A stretch of 63,005 nucleotides of DNA, the filler included, from Bdellovibrionales bacterium RIFOXYD12_FULL_39_22 (GTDB lineage Bacteria; Bdellovibrionota; Bacteriovoracia; Bacteriovoracales; Bacteriovoracaceae), in the NCBI GenBank assembly GCA_001770205.1. It is 8 parts of 8 records of this genome, joined end to end, with 100 filler letters (N's around TTAATTAATTAA, not from the genome) between each part and the next. Parts side by side here need not be neighbours in the genome. Positions count along the whole stretch, not along the records: positions 8,520 to 20,386 come from MEQL01000016.1; 7 more parts are not named here. One strand, written 5' to 3'. Of this stretch, positions 9,441 through 19,556 are shown one piece after another. Positions within the stretch are counted from its first letter, which is position 1, and every line of letters begins with the position of its first letter. A program made the translations under genes and the position numbers. A model generated the notes under the pieces. The model made no database searches. It had not been told where the DNA came from and was given only the letters and a program-made list of their open reading frames with translations.

Positions 9441-10292
9441 GTGACACCTCATAAAGATCATCAAGCAGAAATTAAAAAACTTCTTAAAACAGTAACGCCT
9501 TCAAGCAAGGCCCATCAAAATTATTTAAATAAGGTTACCATTTTTATAAACTGGCATAATCATCTTTCTTCTCTAACCAAGGGCCATGCAAAAGGATTGC
9601 TTATAAAAAAATTGAAAATAGTACCATCACAAATTTTTAATAGAGAATACCTTGTAGCATATGTTACTAATGACTGGTTTCTGTCAGCAGCTCATAAGTG
9701 CGACGCTGTCGCAACGACATCGCTAGAAATTTATAATTTAGCTTCGCCACCACTTGTAATTGCTCCCGAATCAAACTCTCGATTAAAAAACAATTATTTT
9801 TTATCAATCCTTGAGCATGAATTTGTTCATATCAATCAGGCCATCTTGAACAATTTTCCAGCGACTAATAATTATTCAAAAAAACCATTCCCAACACTAA
9901 TTAATCATACTTTGGCAGAATATCAGGCAAATTTTATTCAATATTACTATTTTCCAGAAGCTTATCAAAAAATTGAAAAAGAGGGCTACTCTTTATCAAT
10001 GAAAAATTGGTCTGTGCTTCGGGGATATACTCAGGCCCTTGAAACATTAGTTCAGGCCATATATATGGGACAATTAACATCCTCCACTGTAGAAAAAATA
10101 TTAAAAGCGCTGCCCAAGCAACTACCTTCTGGATTTAAAAAAATTGGACTACCTGAAAGTAATGGCCTGGACTACGCCAGAAAGCTCCCACCATATTTAC
10201 ACATTGCAGTTAGCGAATTACTAAAAAATTTTCCGATGCCAAAAAATGAGGGGTTTCGCACATTGACCAATTGGATTTCGATTAACTACTAA
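9441..10292 (+). CDS. Hypothetical protein with HExxH zinc-metallopeptidase motif
   Basis: LEHEFVHINQ and downstream AEYQA. Confidence 0.55.
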   Translation: MTPHKDHQAEIKKLLKTVTPSSKAHQNYLNKVTIFINWHNHLSSLTKGHAKGLLIKKLKIVPSQIFNREYLVAYVTNDWFLSAAHKCDAVATTSLEIYNLASPPLVIAPESNSRLKNNYFLSILEHEFVHINQAILNNFPATNNYSKKPFPTLINHTLAEYQANFIQYYYFPEAYQKIEKEGYSLSMKNWSVLRGYTQALETLVQAIYMGQLTSSTVEKILKALPKQLPSGFKKIGLPESNGLDYARKLPPYLHIAVSELLKNFPMPKNEGFRTLTNWISINY

Positions 10293-10296
10293 GTTT

Positions 10297-11019
10297 TTAG
10301 TAGCGAACAATTTCCAATGGCAATCGCGCTGGTGTTGCATCAACTTTATCATTTTTTACTTTTTCACTCTCAGAAATCGGTTTGATGTCAGAATTAATAT
10401 TGATAGTTTCAACGCCTTGTTCTTTTTCCTTGGCCCACGCTTTTAGTTCAGTAGCGACAGCACCAGAAGAGCAACCAGCGATTCTGGCAATTTCACGATG
10501 AACTAATCCCTTCGCACGAAGCCTCCTGATAAGTTCTGATGGCCGAGTTTTCTTTCTCCCAATTTTTATTCCCTTGGCGCGAGCGTTTGCAAGACCCAAA
10601 CGAACCCTTTCCGCTAAAATGTCCCTTTCCAATTCCGCAACACTTCCAAGTATGGTGAACAATGCTTTTCCAATGGGGGTATCTGTGTCAACTGCCTCGC
10701 TGAGTGAAAGAAATTTTATCTCTAGTTTCTCAAACTCCTGAAGTGCAGACAAGAGATGAGTGACTGATCTAGCGAAGCGGCTGAAGCTATAGACAACAAC
10801 TTTTTCGCATTCACCATTTCGCGCTCTTTTCATCATATCGTCAAGAGCTGGTCTTGATTTTTTTGTTCCTGATTGATTTTCATCTTGGAATATAACATAA
10901 TTTGAAACATTGGTGCGATTGCAAAATTCTCTCAATGCACGTATCTGACTTTCTAATCCGTTTTGCTGCATACCAGTGCTTACACGAGCATACAGAAAAG
11001 TTTTTTTATCCATAAACAT
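10297..11019 (-). CDS. Serine recombinase (resolvase/invertase type) with C-terminal HTH
   Basis: YARVST, SG..KSRPAL, SRFARS, ERVRLGLANARAKG..GR motifs. Confidence 0.95.
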   Translation of the reverse strand: MFMDKKTFLYARVSTGMQQNGLESQIRALREFCNRTNVSNYVIFQDENQSGTKKSRPALDDMMKRARNGECEKVVVYSFSRFARSVTHLLSALQEFEKLEIKFLSLSEAVDTDTPIGKALFTILGSVAELERDILAERVRLGLANARAKGIKIGRKKTRPSELIRRLRAKGLVHREIARIAGCSSGAVATELKAWAKEKEQGVETININSDIKPISESEKVKNDKVDATPARLPLEIVRY

Positions 11020-11377
11020 TAATCTCCGATTTTGAAATAATTAATCATTAAAAATTTCTCAATTGGCACAATCATTTAGTTATCTGAAATTAAATAAACA
11101 TGACGACAATATAGGCGCAAAATTTAAAAAAAATAAAAAACATCAGTTTTTAACTTAAAGGAAACGCAGTAGGCTTTGTCGTAGAAACATAAGTACCGCG
11201 GCCCATTGGTCTGTTAGATATAGGAATACGACGAAAGGGCCATAAGGGCCGCCATAGTCATCGCATGATGGCCGCACTATTCGGCCCGAGCACTAGGAAT
11301 TAATTCAACGAGAGTGCAACACAATCATCTTCAACAAACATCCTGAAGTGATTCTAATTTTAAATGATCGAAGAAGA

Positions 11378-11542
11378 TTACTTTTTAATTGGCAACAACG
11401 GCAATCGTCCCCAGTTAGATGCCTGTGATTCCTTAATAAGATATAGTTGTGCCATCTGAACCTTATAAATAACTTTGGGAAGCTGGCCAGTTGAAACAGT
11501 TATTATTGCCAGTGTTACGGCGATTGCGATTAATTTATCCAT
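11378..11542 (-). CDS. 54-aa small membrane/secreted protein (copy A), missing from the ORF track
   Basis: AAGGAG RBS; MDKLIAIAVTLAIITVSTGQLPKVIYKVQMAQLYLIKESQASNWGRLPLLPIKK; paralog at 25472-25636. Confidence 0.7.
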   Translation of the reverse strand: MDKLIAIAVTLAIITVSTGQLPKVIYKVQMAQLYLIKESQASNWGRLPLLPIKK

Positions 11543-11571
11543 ATAATTCTCCTTGAATTAAATCTTCTAGA

Positions 11572-12052
11572 CTAGTTTTTGTTTTTTGATTCCCTTTTGA
11601 TAATAGAATAAACACCACGTCTATCCCATTTTTTGGCAAATCGTGGACGCAAATTTTGGCCATTAAGCTCATCAGCAATGGCGTGCGTTGATCTACCTGA
11701 CTGCCTAAGTTTTAAAATTTTTCGAACAATCAAATGCTCCTTCACGTCCAAAACAAGTTGGCCATCAAGGAAAGCATAACCAAATGGTGCGTTCCCAGAG
11801 TATCGACATTTAGTCCGATCACTTGGAACATTTTTTCCAGTGACAAAATTTCTTATGGCCACGCCAGCGTTAGCAAAAGTATTTTGAATTGTTGAAATTG
11901 GAATTCCTGTCTTATCTTTGATCTCTCGAAGAGAGTGACCTTTCTCGTAAAGTGGAGCGCATTTAGCAATAATTGCTTTTTTTGTATTGACCTTTAATTC
12001 AATTAAATCGTGTGGATATGGCGGTTCGCCAGATGTATCGCGACCTCCACCA
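11572..12052 (-). CDS. HTH plus recombinase DNA-binding domain protein without a catalytic domain (copy A; no start codon 5' of 11862)
   Basis: GHSLREI..KTGIPISTI HTH; APFGY and IADELN..WDR motifs of large serine recombinases; frame open to about 12056. Confidence 0.6.
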
Positions 12053-12384
12053 AATTACATCCATGGTTTTTTAAGTTTTCTGAAAGATTCCAAACAAACA
12101 ATTGAAACTACTAACAAACGGTTTCAGTAATTTAGCATCCTCTCATCCCTGAAATCTCTCTCTGGCATTTCCTAGAATTTCTCAAGTTTGCTTATTGCTG
12201 CTTAGTAAAATGCTAAGTGCATAGCAGAGTACTTTTTCCCAGACAAAATAGCAACTCCTTCGTCTTAACCAGTTAAAATTAACGTCCTTTCCCTGTCGCA
12301 CTTCACTGGCAGAAATTGCTATTTCTGAACCAGCGTTGTGATGGCAGTGGGGAGGTAAACTGATTAACCACAGGAGGTAAAAAA

Positions 12385-12999
12385 ATGAACAACGATATTG
12401 TTAAAACAGCTCTGGCCATCAAAAAATTACGCGAAATAAAGGGCCTAAATCGCAAAGCCGCTAGCGTTTTGCTAGAGATAGGACACAAATCAATTGAAAG
12501 AATCGAAAACTGCCGGGCACCACTCAATGAAGAAAGGATTGCAAAATATGTTTCACGTTATGGCTTTACAATGGAAGATTTTAATCTCTGTTTGAATGGC
12601 CATGTGACGCAAGTTCGAGATAAATATTCACCAGAAAAACCAAAGGTCATTGAGAATAATCGTTTGAGAAGAAGCTACAAACGAATTGTTACAAAAGAAG
12701 TAAAAACTCTTCAGGTATTGCGGCGTTTAAAACGATTAACTCAGCACAAAGCATCAGTCTATTGTGGATATCATAGATCGGCCATTGGCCACATCGAAAA
12801 TGGCCGTATTGAGCTTACCCCAAAAAAAGTTAAGCACATTGTGGAAGCCTTTGGTTACACCATGGCCGACTTTGAGTATCACTTTAAAAGCGACCAATTT
12901 ATCACTGATATTCAGGAAAATTGCATCAATATCATCCGGGCCCTTAGTGAAGAAAAATTAAAGGCCGTGTACCCACTTCTTCAAACATTTAATAAATAA
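12385..12999 (+). CDS. Regulator with two tandem XRE HTH domains
   Basis: IKKLREIKGLNR...IERIEN and VLRRLKRLTQ...IGHIENGR; AGGAGG RBS. Confidence 0.85.
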   Translation: MNNDIVKTALAIKKLREIKGLNRKAASVLLEIGHKSIERIENCRAPLNEERIAKYVSRYGFTMEDFNLCLNGHVTQVRDKYSPEKPKVIENNRLRRSYKRIVTKEVKTLQVLRRLKRLTQHKASVYCGYHRSAIGHIENGRIELTPKKVKHIVEAFGYTMADFEYHFKSDQFITDIQENCINIIRALSEEKLKAVYPLLQTFNK

Positions 13000-13025
13000 A
13001 CAACATTAATAGGAGACTAAAAATT

Positions 13026-13379
13026 ATGAACACCAAAACAGAAACTATCACTAAAACAACGACAAATTTTAAATCTATCCGCATCAAAACTGAAACCAAA
13101 GATAAGATCGACAAAAAATTAAGCTCTATCAACAAGTCAGAAGAATTTGGTAAAGTGAACTATGACCGCTTGATCCAGTTTTTGCTTGAGTCCATCACAC
13201 CCGATTCAATACAATCACTGCAAAATTCCACTATCACCTGGAAACTTGAGGAACCCAGGTTGATGAAGCTTTGGAGTAAAATGAATCGAAAAACCACAAC
13301 AGAGGAATGGAAAGAAATGCTCTACATGGGTAAACTTCAGGATTTCATCAAGGAGCACTCCAGAATTGCAACGAAGTAA
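13026..13379 (+). CDS. Hypothetical protein, possibly RHH-like DNA binding
   Basis: AGGAG RBS; KSIRIKTETK pattern. Confidence 0.55.
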   Translation: MNTKTETITKTTTNFKSIRIKTETKDKIDKKLSSINKSEEFGKVNYDRLIQFLLESITPDSIQSLQNSTITWKLEEPRLMKLWSKMNRKTTTEEWKEMLYMGKLQDFIKEHSRIATK

Positions 13380-13467
13380 GTTTAATTTTCAGAAGGGGCG
13401 CACATTAGTATGCTGACTCTTTTTGATCAATGAATTGTCTACAGCACAAATTCAGAAGTAATTAATT

Positions 13468-13514
13468 GGCCAGTCTTGTGGGGCCTATCAGATGGCCCCC
13501 TGACTTGGCCTTTT
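13468..13514. terminator. Hairpin terminator between convergent genes
   Basis: GGCCAGTC..GGGGCC/GGCCCC..GACTTGGCC followed by TTTT. Confidence 0.55.
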
Positions 13515-13521
13515 GAAAAAA

Positions 13522-14391
13522 TCAGTTAGCAATTGGAATCCAAATCTCGATTTTAGTTTTTGGGGAATCTGGATTAAAATCACTCGAATAATATTCGATG
13601 TCACTCATTGGCCCTAGCTCAAGTCCACTTTCTGGGAGCCAGATATTCCAAACATATTTTACGGATTCAGAAAAATCTCTCAATGAACCGTTATGGCAAA
13701 AAACAGCAAATTTTGTTTCTGGAATTTTAATTGTTGCAAGGTCAGTGATCGCATCATTTATCTGATCCACTTCAATTGCAGCCATGTAGTAAAATTCATC
13801 CTGGATTTTATTTTCAATCCATATCTCTTCACAAGCACCATAAGTCGCAAATCGCCCATTAACTCCAGCACCTTTTTTATTAGAAATTGATTCTATTCGC
13901 GAATTGAATATACCCCAAAGCTCAGAGATGCCCTCGCCAGATCTGGCAAACTTTTTTTTCATTCCAACCAGTATTTTTTCTGGTTTTATAATAAACTCAG
14001 GCGTTAAATTTACCCCATCATATTTTATATGCTCTAAAAACTTTTGGGTAATGGCCCCCATTCCTCGCATTTGAGAATAACTATGGTTATCACGATAATC
14101 CTTGGGAGTGGCGGCAAACATAGATTTGAAACTTCGCGTGAAGGCCTCCTGAGAATCAAAGCCTGACTCTAATGCGATTTCAATAATACGGTCAGCACTT
14201 TCTTTTAGTCTTTCTGCTGCTTTTGTTAAACGCCTACGTCGAATGTAAGTGCCAAGACTAACCCCTGCGCTGGCCGCAAACAAACGCTGAAAATGGTGAT
14301 TTGAAAAGCCAGCCTTTTTTGCAACAAGCTCAATATTCAACTCATCGCCCAAATGACTCTCAATAAACTCAAAAATTTCTATAATCTTCAT
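13522..14391 (-). CDS. AraC-family regulator with GyrI-like effector-binding domain
   Basis: YIRRRRLTKAA, IALESGFDSQEAFTRSFK; C-terminal WLPESG..IEIWIPI. Confidence 0.92.
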   Translation of the reverse strand: MKIIEIFEFIESHLGDELNIELVAKKAGFSNHHFQRLFAASAGVSLGTYIRRRRLTKAAERLKESADRIIEIALESGFDSQEAFTRSFKSMFAATPKDYRDNHSYSQMRGMGAITQKFLEHIKYDGVNLTPEFIIKPEKILVGMKKKFARSGEGISELWGIFNSRIESISNKKGAGVNGRFATYGACEEIWIENKIQDEFYYMAAIEVDQINDAITDLATIKIPETKFAVFCHNGSLRDFSESVKYVWNIWLPESGLELGPMSDIEYYSSDFNPDSPKTKIEIWIPIAN

Positions 14392-14471
14392 ATGGAGTAC
14401 CTCCTACACATAAGACTATAATAAATTTAAAAGCCATTTTTGATAATTCGTGCGATTTTTTCATAATCTAT

Positions 14472-15191
14472 TTATTCTAAATTAACAGATTGATCTAAGA
14501 TGGTGCCTTCTAAAATTCTAATCAGTGCTTCCGCTTGAACTTTGGTGTCTCCGGAATGCATTTGCCTACCAATAAAATCACAAATCAACTCGTTGCTGTC
14601 ATTTAATAAACCATCATATTTTATCCATGTAGACGTTACCGCTTTTTTTGTCGAACCACTATTCATTAACAAAAAATAAAACTGGCGCATGTTGCTCGGA
14701 AATGGCTCCTTAAAAAAAACATCATTTCTTTTTCGATTGTTCATTTCTGATTTTCGACGCACAATTCTCTGCTCAAGAGAAACATCAAGATAGACATAAG
14801 CATCAGCAGGTGCGAGGATTTTTTTACGAAGCAATTCAGAATACGTTTCAACCATCCACCCATAAACATCTAACTCCGGATAAAACCAACGCTCAGCATA
14901 GTTGTGAGCAAGTGGAGATGTGAAATCAGCATCTGAAATGACTAAAGGGGAATGTTCCAACTCGTTCTTTGTCCAATTGTAACGTTCAACATCAAGGTCA
15001 AAAAAGAATTTTTGTTTCGCCTTTTTTTCCACAATAGTATTAGGCGATTTGGGGAAATTTTTACTTCCTCCAATCCAATCAACGTGCTCCGGAACTATAG
15101 GACAACTATACTTTTTGGCCAAGTAATTTACCAACGTCGTTTTTCCAGATGCCGATTGTCCACAAATAACAATATGTTTGCCATTGGCCAT
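14472..15191 (-). CDS. P-loop kinase (deoxynucleoside/thymidylate kinase-like)
   Basis: GQSASGKTT, VPE, YVYLDVS..RR. Confidence 0.7.
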   Translation of the reverse strand: MANGKHIVICGQSASGKTTLVNYLAKKYSCPIVPEHVDWIGGSKNFPKSPNTIVEKKAKQKFFFDLDVERYNWTKNELEHSPLVISDADFTSPLAHNYAERWFYPELDVYGWMVETYSELLRKKILAPADAYVYLDVSLEQRIVRRKSEMNNRKRNDVFFKEPFPSNMRQFYFLLMNSGSTKKAVTSTWIKYDGLLNDSNELICDFIGRQMHSGDTKVQAEALIRILEGTILDQSVNLE

Positions 15192-15211
15192 TATATCCTC
15201 GCTAATCCTTA

Positions 15212-15736
15212 TTATTGAAGATCAATCCAATACCTTTTAATCATTTCTTTATCAACTTCGTCATAAATTTCGTTCTCTAAAATCCCACCATTTTTTTCAA
15301 TTATCCTCCACGATGGAATATTATCGCTAGCACAAGTTATCAGTAATTTTTCAATGCCAATTTTTTTACAATATAAAATTGACTGCGCCATCATCTCCGA
15401 AGCGTAACCTTTTTGTCGGAATCTCGGTGCTACAGAATAACCAATATGGCCACCTCTTTTTAATAGAAAATCAGTTAGTTTATGACGAATACTGACTCTT
15501 CCAACAATGGTTTGATTATCAGTAAAGCCATAGAGCATCGTCCCAGGAACATAATTAATAGGTAAGTTGATACCATTTTTTGTGTTTTCGAGAATGGTAA
15601 GCAATTCAGCAAAGGAGACACCAGGCTTCCAATCGAATGTGTACCATGATAATTCTTCGTTAGCCCACTCTTTTAATCCTTGAAAAAACGCCTGTTCATC
15701 TTCAATTGTTAACTCTCGTAAAATTATTTTTTCCAT
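15212..15736 (-). CDS. GNAT N-acetyltransferase
   Basis: GGHIGYSVAPRFRQKGYA, TC..DNIPS.RIIEKNGG. Confidence 0.92.
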   Translation of the reverse strand: MEKIILRELTIEDEQAFFQGLKEWANEELSWYTFDWKPGVSFAELLTILENTKNGINLPINYVPGTMLYGFTDNQTIVGRVSIRHKLTDFLLKRGGHIGYSVAPRFRQKGYASEMMAQSILYCKKIGIEKLLITCASDNIPSWRIIEKNGGILENEIYDEVDKEMIKRYWIDLQ

Positions 15737-15817
15737 CTACTCCTCGTATTTGTTTTAGTGCCTAAACTATTTCAACTTATATGGCAGCTTCGTTTTCACT
15801 CACCGTCACTTCGTAAA

Positions 15818-16723
15818 TCAATTCTTAAGATCTAAAATTTTATCAAGCTCAGCACCTGTCTCCTTATCGCCATTATAGCTGAATGTTTCTCCAGTATTTT
15901 CTTTGGCCAATTGAGCGATAAAGCCATTATTGGTGTAAGTGTTTTTCGGTTGCCGAGAATATATTTCATCTTGATAGGCATCTTGTGCGCTGATAATATT
16001 CCAGCCTTGCTTTCGAAATTCATTTACCAATGAGTCGATGAACATTACAGTAGCATCCATTTCATGTAAGAGAATAACATGCTTTGGAGAGCGGCCTAGC
16101 GTTTTTACGGCAAGGCTATCATAGAATTCTGCGGCACCGACAACATGCTTTAAAAAAAGCGCTTCTACTTTTTTATAATCAATATTTTTACCATTCTGTT
16201 TTGCGCGATTAATTTTAGAAGAAAAAATGTAATCGTCGTTATCTATAGACACTTGCCCATTTTTGTAATGATTTCCTTTTAGCCAATTTCGCACTTCATC
16301 CCTAAGTTTTTCGTCAATACTTTCATTGAGAAAGGGATATCGAAAAAAAGTTACCCCCATTAGAAGTGGAGTAAGCAATTTTTCGTTTTGCTCAATATTT
16401 TTGATATACTTTTCAAATCCGATATCGTCTAGCCGAGGATGAGAGCATGTATGATTACCAATTAAATGACCGGCATCTTTATATTTTGTAAGCTGCAAAA
16501 TGACAGATGCAGAATCTTCTCTATTACAAGCATTTGCGAAAATAATTACAGGAGGAACACCAAGTCCCTTCAACTTTTTTATAAGTATCTCTGTTCTTGC
16601 GCTGCTTTCAAAATGCCAAGAGGTACCCATTGGTGCATCATCAAAAGTAAGTGCAATCTCTTTTGCGTGAGCTACAACAAGGATGCTAGTTAAAATAAAC
16701 AACAGCAAACTTCTTAACTTCAT
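15818..16723 (-). CDS. Secreted polysaccharide deacetylase
   Basis: IALTFDD, GNHTCSH, FRYPFL, VILLH; signal peptide. Confidence 0.9.
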   Translation of the reverse strand: MKLRSLLLFILTSILVVAHAKEIALTFDDAPMGTSWHFESSARTEILIKKLKGLGVPPVIIFANACNREDSASVILQLTKYKDAGHLIGNHTCSHPRLDDIGFEKYIKNIEQNEKLLTPLLMGVTFFRYPFLNESIDEKLRDEVRNWLKGNHYKNGQVSIDNDDYIFSSKINRAKQNGKNIDYKKVEALFLKHVVGAAEFYDSLAVKTLGRSPKHVILLHEMDATVMFIDSLVNEFRKQGWNIISAQDAYQDEIYSRQPKNTYTNNGFIAQLAKENTGETFSYNGDKETGAELDKILDLKN

Positions 16724-17778
16724 TTTTTATTCTCCACAGCAACAGTTCTATTTAACCATTCTTCTCTTAAAATTCCAAAACCCAAACTGTCGTAATATTC
16801 GCCATTAACGATTCTGGCCTTTCGAAATTGCGCCTCTAGTTTAAAATTAAGTTTTTTTGCTAAATGAATCATACCATAATTCCCCGACCATGTTCGAAGA
16901 TCAAGACGAACGATTTGCGGATGGACAAAAAACAGATAATTAATCCAAACATTCAAAGCATCGTAACCAATTCCTTGCCCCCAAAAATTGTGATCATATA
17001 AGGCGATACCTGCACATAACCAATTTGTTTCTATTGATTCCCAGTATGAATTAACTGTGCCTAAAAGTTGATTTGATTTTTTATCAGCAATAACCAGCCT
17101 TGTTCTTGGTGCGGGAAATGCAGCGCTCTTCAATCTCTCTCTAATTCCATTGATTTGTTTTAAAGTATTTTCTTCAGTGGTGGTATAATATGGCCCATCA
17201 AAATCCTGCCATTTATGACAAGGCTTCTGCCACTCCTCAAATGAAGCCAAGTCGTCAGCTATCCAGTCTCTCAGTATTATTTTATTACCTCCTAAATTCA
17301 CTCGACAAGTTTCAACACTTTTTTCCAAATAGACTTCGACTATAGGTTCACCATCAACGCTTTCAAATTTACCTGTTATTTCTCTTGAGCTTTTTTTAAA
17401 ACCAATCTTTTCAAAAATTGAAACATTTCCTGTTTTCTCCATAGTTGCACATTGGATTTTTGAAAAACCCATGCTTTGCGCAGCTTCCTCAATATGAGAA
17501 ATGATTTTTTTAGCTATTCCCATTTTTCGATACGCTGTAAGAACGCCAAGGCTTCCAAAATAAAGGAAATCACCCTCTACTTCATAAGTTGCCACGCCAA
17601 CAATTTTGTTATCAGCAACAGCGACTATTCGTTTATAAGGAGTATCGCTTCCAATCTTTTTTGCCTGTGCAGTCGGATGGTAGAATTTTCGAAGAACTGC
17701 ATGAGCATCATCAGAAACTATCTTTGCTTCCACTAAATCGTTTTGTGTGTATTCTCTGACCAAAATATTCATAGTCAC
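16720..17778 (-). CDS. Tandem two-domain GNAT (C-terminal RimJ/RimL type)
   Basis: YRKMGIA and WGQGIG..TWSGN..KLNF.LEA motifs. Confidence 0.88.
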   Translation of the reverse strand: MTMNILVREYTQNDLVEAKIVSDDAHAVLRKFYHPTAQAKKIGSDTPYKRIVAVADNKIVGVATYEVEGDFLYFGSLGVLTAYRKMGIAKKIISHIEEAAQSMGFSKIQCATMEKTGNVSIFEKIGFKKSSREITGKFESVDGEPIVEVYLEKSVETCRVNLGGNKIILRDWIADDLASFEEWQKPCHKWQDFDGPYYTTTEENTLKQINGIRERLKSAAFPAPRTRLVIADKKSNQLLGTVNSYWESIETNWLCAGIALYDHNFWGQGIGYDALNVWINYLFFVHPQIVRLDLRTWSGNYGMIHLAKKLNFKLEAQFRKARIVNGEYYDSLGFGILREEWLNRTVAVENKK

Positions 17779-17793
17779 CCTTATCCTCTAAAA

Positions 17794-18168
17794 TTAACAA
17801 GCAAAAGCTAGAACGTGGCCATCAGGATCAAGCACATAACCAGCACTATCGCCCCAATCACGTGGTTTAATTTCACTTACAACTACAGCCCCAGCACCAA
17901 GTGATCGACTCAAATATATTTCCGGATTTTTCACTTTAATATAAAGCTCCACCCTGGGAATACCATTGCCAGCTTTGGGGTCTGGTAATTTATCTCCTAA
18001 TAATTTTTTAATACCAGATTCGGGCATTAATCCCAAAACATGAGACTCACTTAATTTAAATTCTGTCATCCCTGGCACGTTGAGGCTTGGTTCTAGTTGC
18101 ATAGTTTTTTTATAAAAAGCCGTGCTTCTTGCTTGGTCTGCTACATAAAGTATGGTGTGTACAATCAT
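17794..18168 (-). CDS. VOC/glyoxalase family protein
   Basis: ILYVADQARSTAFY; WG..GYVLDPDGH. Confidence 0.9.
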   Translation of the reverse strand: MIVHTILYVADQARSTAFYKKTMQLEPSLNVPGMTEFKLSESHVLGLMPESGIKKLLGDKLPDPKAGNGIPRVELYIKVKNPEIYLSRSLGAGAVVVSEIKPRDWGDSAGYVLDPDGHVLAFAC

Positions 18169-18379
18169 TATAGAATCCTCCAGAGCCTCATAAACACTCC
18201 TCTATGAGGGAAGCTTTTGTTTAAAATCCGCACCCAATCAAAAAGGGTGCTATTCCTTATTCTGAAAATCTAATATCCAGCGATATTCGTTGCTAACTAG
18301 CGAACTCGTCAATGCCATAAAAGCTCCTATATAATTTCACCAGCAAACATCTCCCTCTTTTCCTCTAATTATAAATCTA

Positions 18380-19018
18380 TTAACCATTAGGGATTGAGTA
18401 AGTTATAGGTCGAACATTTTTGATGCCAATATCTTCACAAGTCAATGCATAGACAAATACATCGTTCCAAGCACCTTTGAAGAAAAGCCGTTTTTTAGCA
18501 ATTCCTTCTTTGCGAAATTCCGCCATCTTTGCCAATTTCTGTGATCCTCTATTCTTGACTTCAATGTAAGCTTCAAGTCGATGAAGCGCAAGTTTATTAA
18601 AAGCAATATCAATTAAACCTCGGAGGGCCTCTAGACCATATCCTTGCCGCCAATGATTATTAAAAATAAGATACCCACACGATGCACTCATTGAGCCACC
18701 TCTGGAAGCGTCTACCATTGAAACTTCTCCAACTAATTCGCCTGTTATTTTTTTGAATACTGCAAACGTATAGTTTGTTGGTCCAACGCGCTTTTGTTGA
18801 TGGGTTTTTACCATTGATACGAACTTTCGACGATGGGCTTGTGTTTTTAAAAAAGCATGTGCCCAATCGAAAGGAGTTTGTGGAGAAAGCATGTTTTGGT
18901 GAGCCTCCTTCCACGAATTAAAATCGGAGATTAGATATGGGCGTATTATTAGTCTTCGCGTATTGAAAACAAAGGATTTGGTCAAAATAATATTTTTATC
19001 TTTTTTTGTTTTTTTCAT
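18380..19018 (-). CDS. RimJ/RimL-type GNAT acetyltransferase
   Basis: TRRLIIRP, WRQGYG.EA, LHRLEA..N..S, FRKEG. Confidence 0.9.
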   Translation of the reverse strand: MKKTKKDKNIILTKSFVFNTRRLIIRPYLISDFNSWKEAHQNMLSPQTPFDWAHAFLKTQAHRRKFVSMVKTHQQKRVGPTNYTFAVFKKITGELVGEVSMVDASRGGSMSASCGYLIFNNHWRQGYGLEALRGLIDIAFNKLALHRLEAYIEVKNRGSQKLAKMAEFRKEGIAKKRLFFKGAWNDVFVYALTCEDIGIKNVRPITYSIPNG

Positions 19019-19047
19019 ATATCTACCCAATAAAGCCTGTTTCTATC

Positions 19048-19476
19048 TCAACTAAGCGTATATATTAAACCAAATTTAATTCCATTTGGATCGGAAAAAT
19101 AGACGCAGTACCAAGGATCGGTTTCAACATCTCCAAGAAGCTCCTGAAGCAGATATTGCGGAGATGAAATAACATTCGCTTTTATTGCCAGCAAATGTTT
19201 ATGAAATTCATCTACCTCTTCTTTGCTCTCTGCAAGAAATTCAATTCTTGGCCCTGCAACGGTACTGATGTCTGACTTAGGAACTAATTCCGGTTCTTCC
19301 ACCAGCTCCAAATAAACCTTTCCATTGCCATAGACGACAGTAGGTTTTTTATCGATAGGATCGGCAAAATATGTCCCTTCACTGAAACCAAGAAAACTAA
19401 AGGCTTTCCGATAAAAACTTACTGACTGCTCTAAGTTTCTCACTGCCATTTTTATGTTGTATAATTTAGATTTCAT
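19048..19476 (-). CDS. VOC family protein
   Basis: VRNLEQSVSFY; FLAESKEEVD; YFSDPNGIK. Confidence 0.85.
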   Translation of the reverse strand: MKSKLYNIKMAVRNLEQSVSFYRKAFSFLGFSEGTYFADPIDKKPTVVYGNGKVYLELVEEPELVPKSDISTVAGPRIEFLAESKEEVDEFHKHLLAIKANVISSPQYLLQELLGDVETDPWYCVYFSDPNGIKFGLIYTLS

Positions 19477-19556
19477 AAGTGTAATCGTTTTCTCAAGCTT
19501 TCTTTTCTCATACCACTAACTCTCATTCATAAATTGTGGGAAAATATTCCATTAAA

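Noticed and set aside
12020..12052. tRNA or tmRNA gene ending CTCCACCA
   Set aside because: No cloverleaf or T-stem pairing and spacing 5 nt too long; kept only as an att-like motif
18186..18230. CCTCATA..TATGAGG hairpin as a fifth copy of the contig-8 repeat
   Set aside because: Only a short partial match, in the opposite orientation relative to the genes
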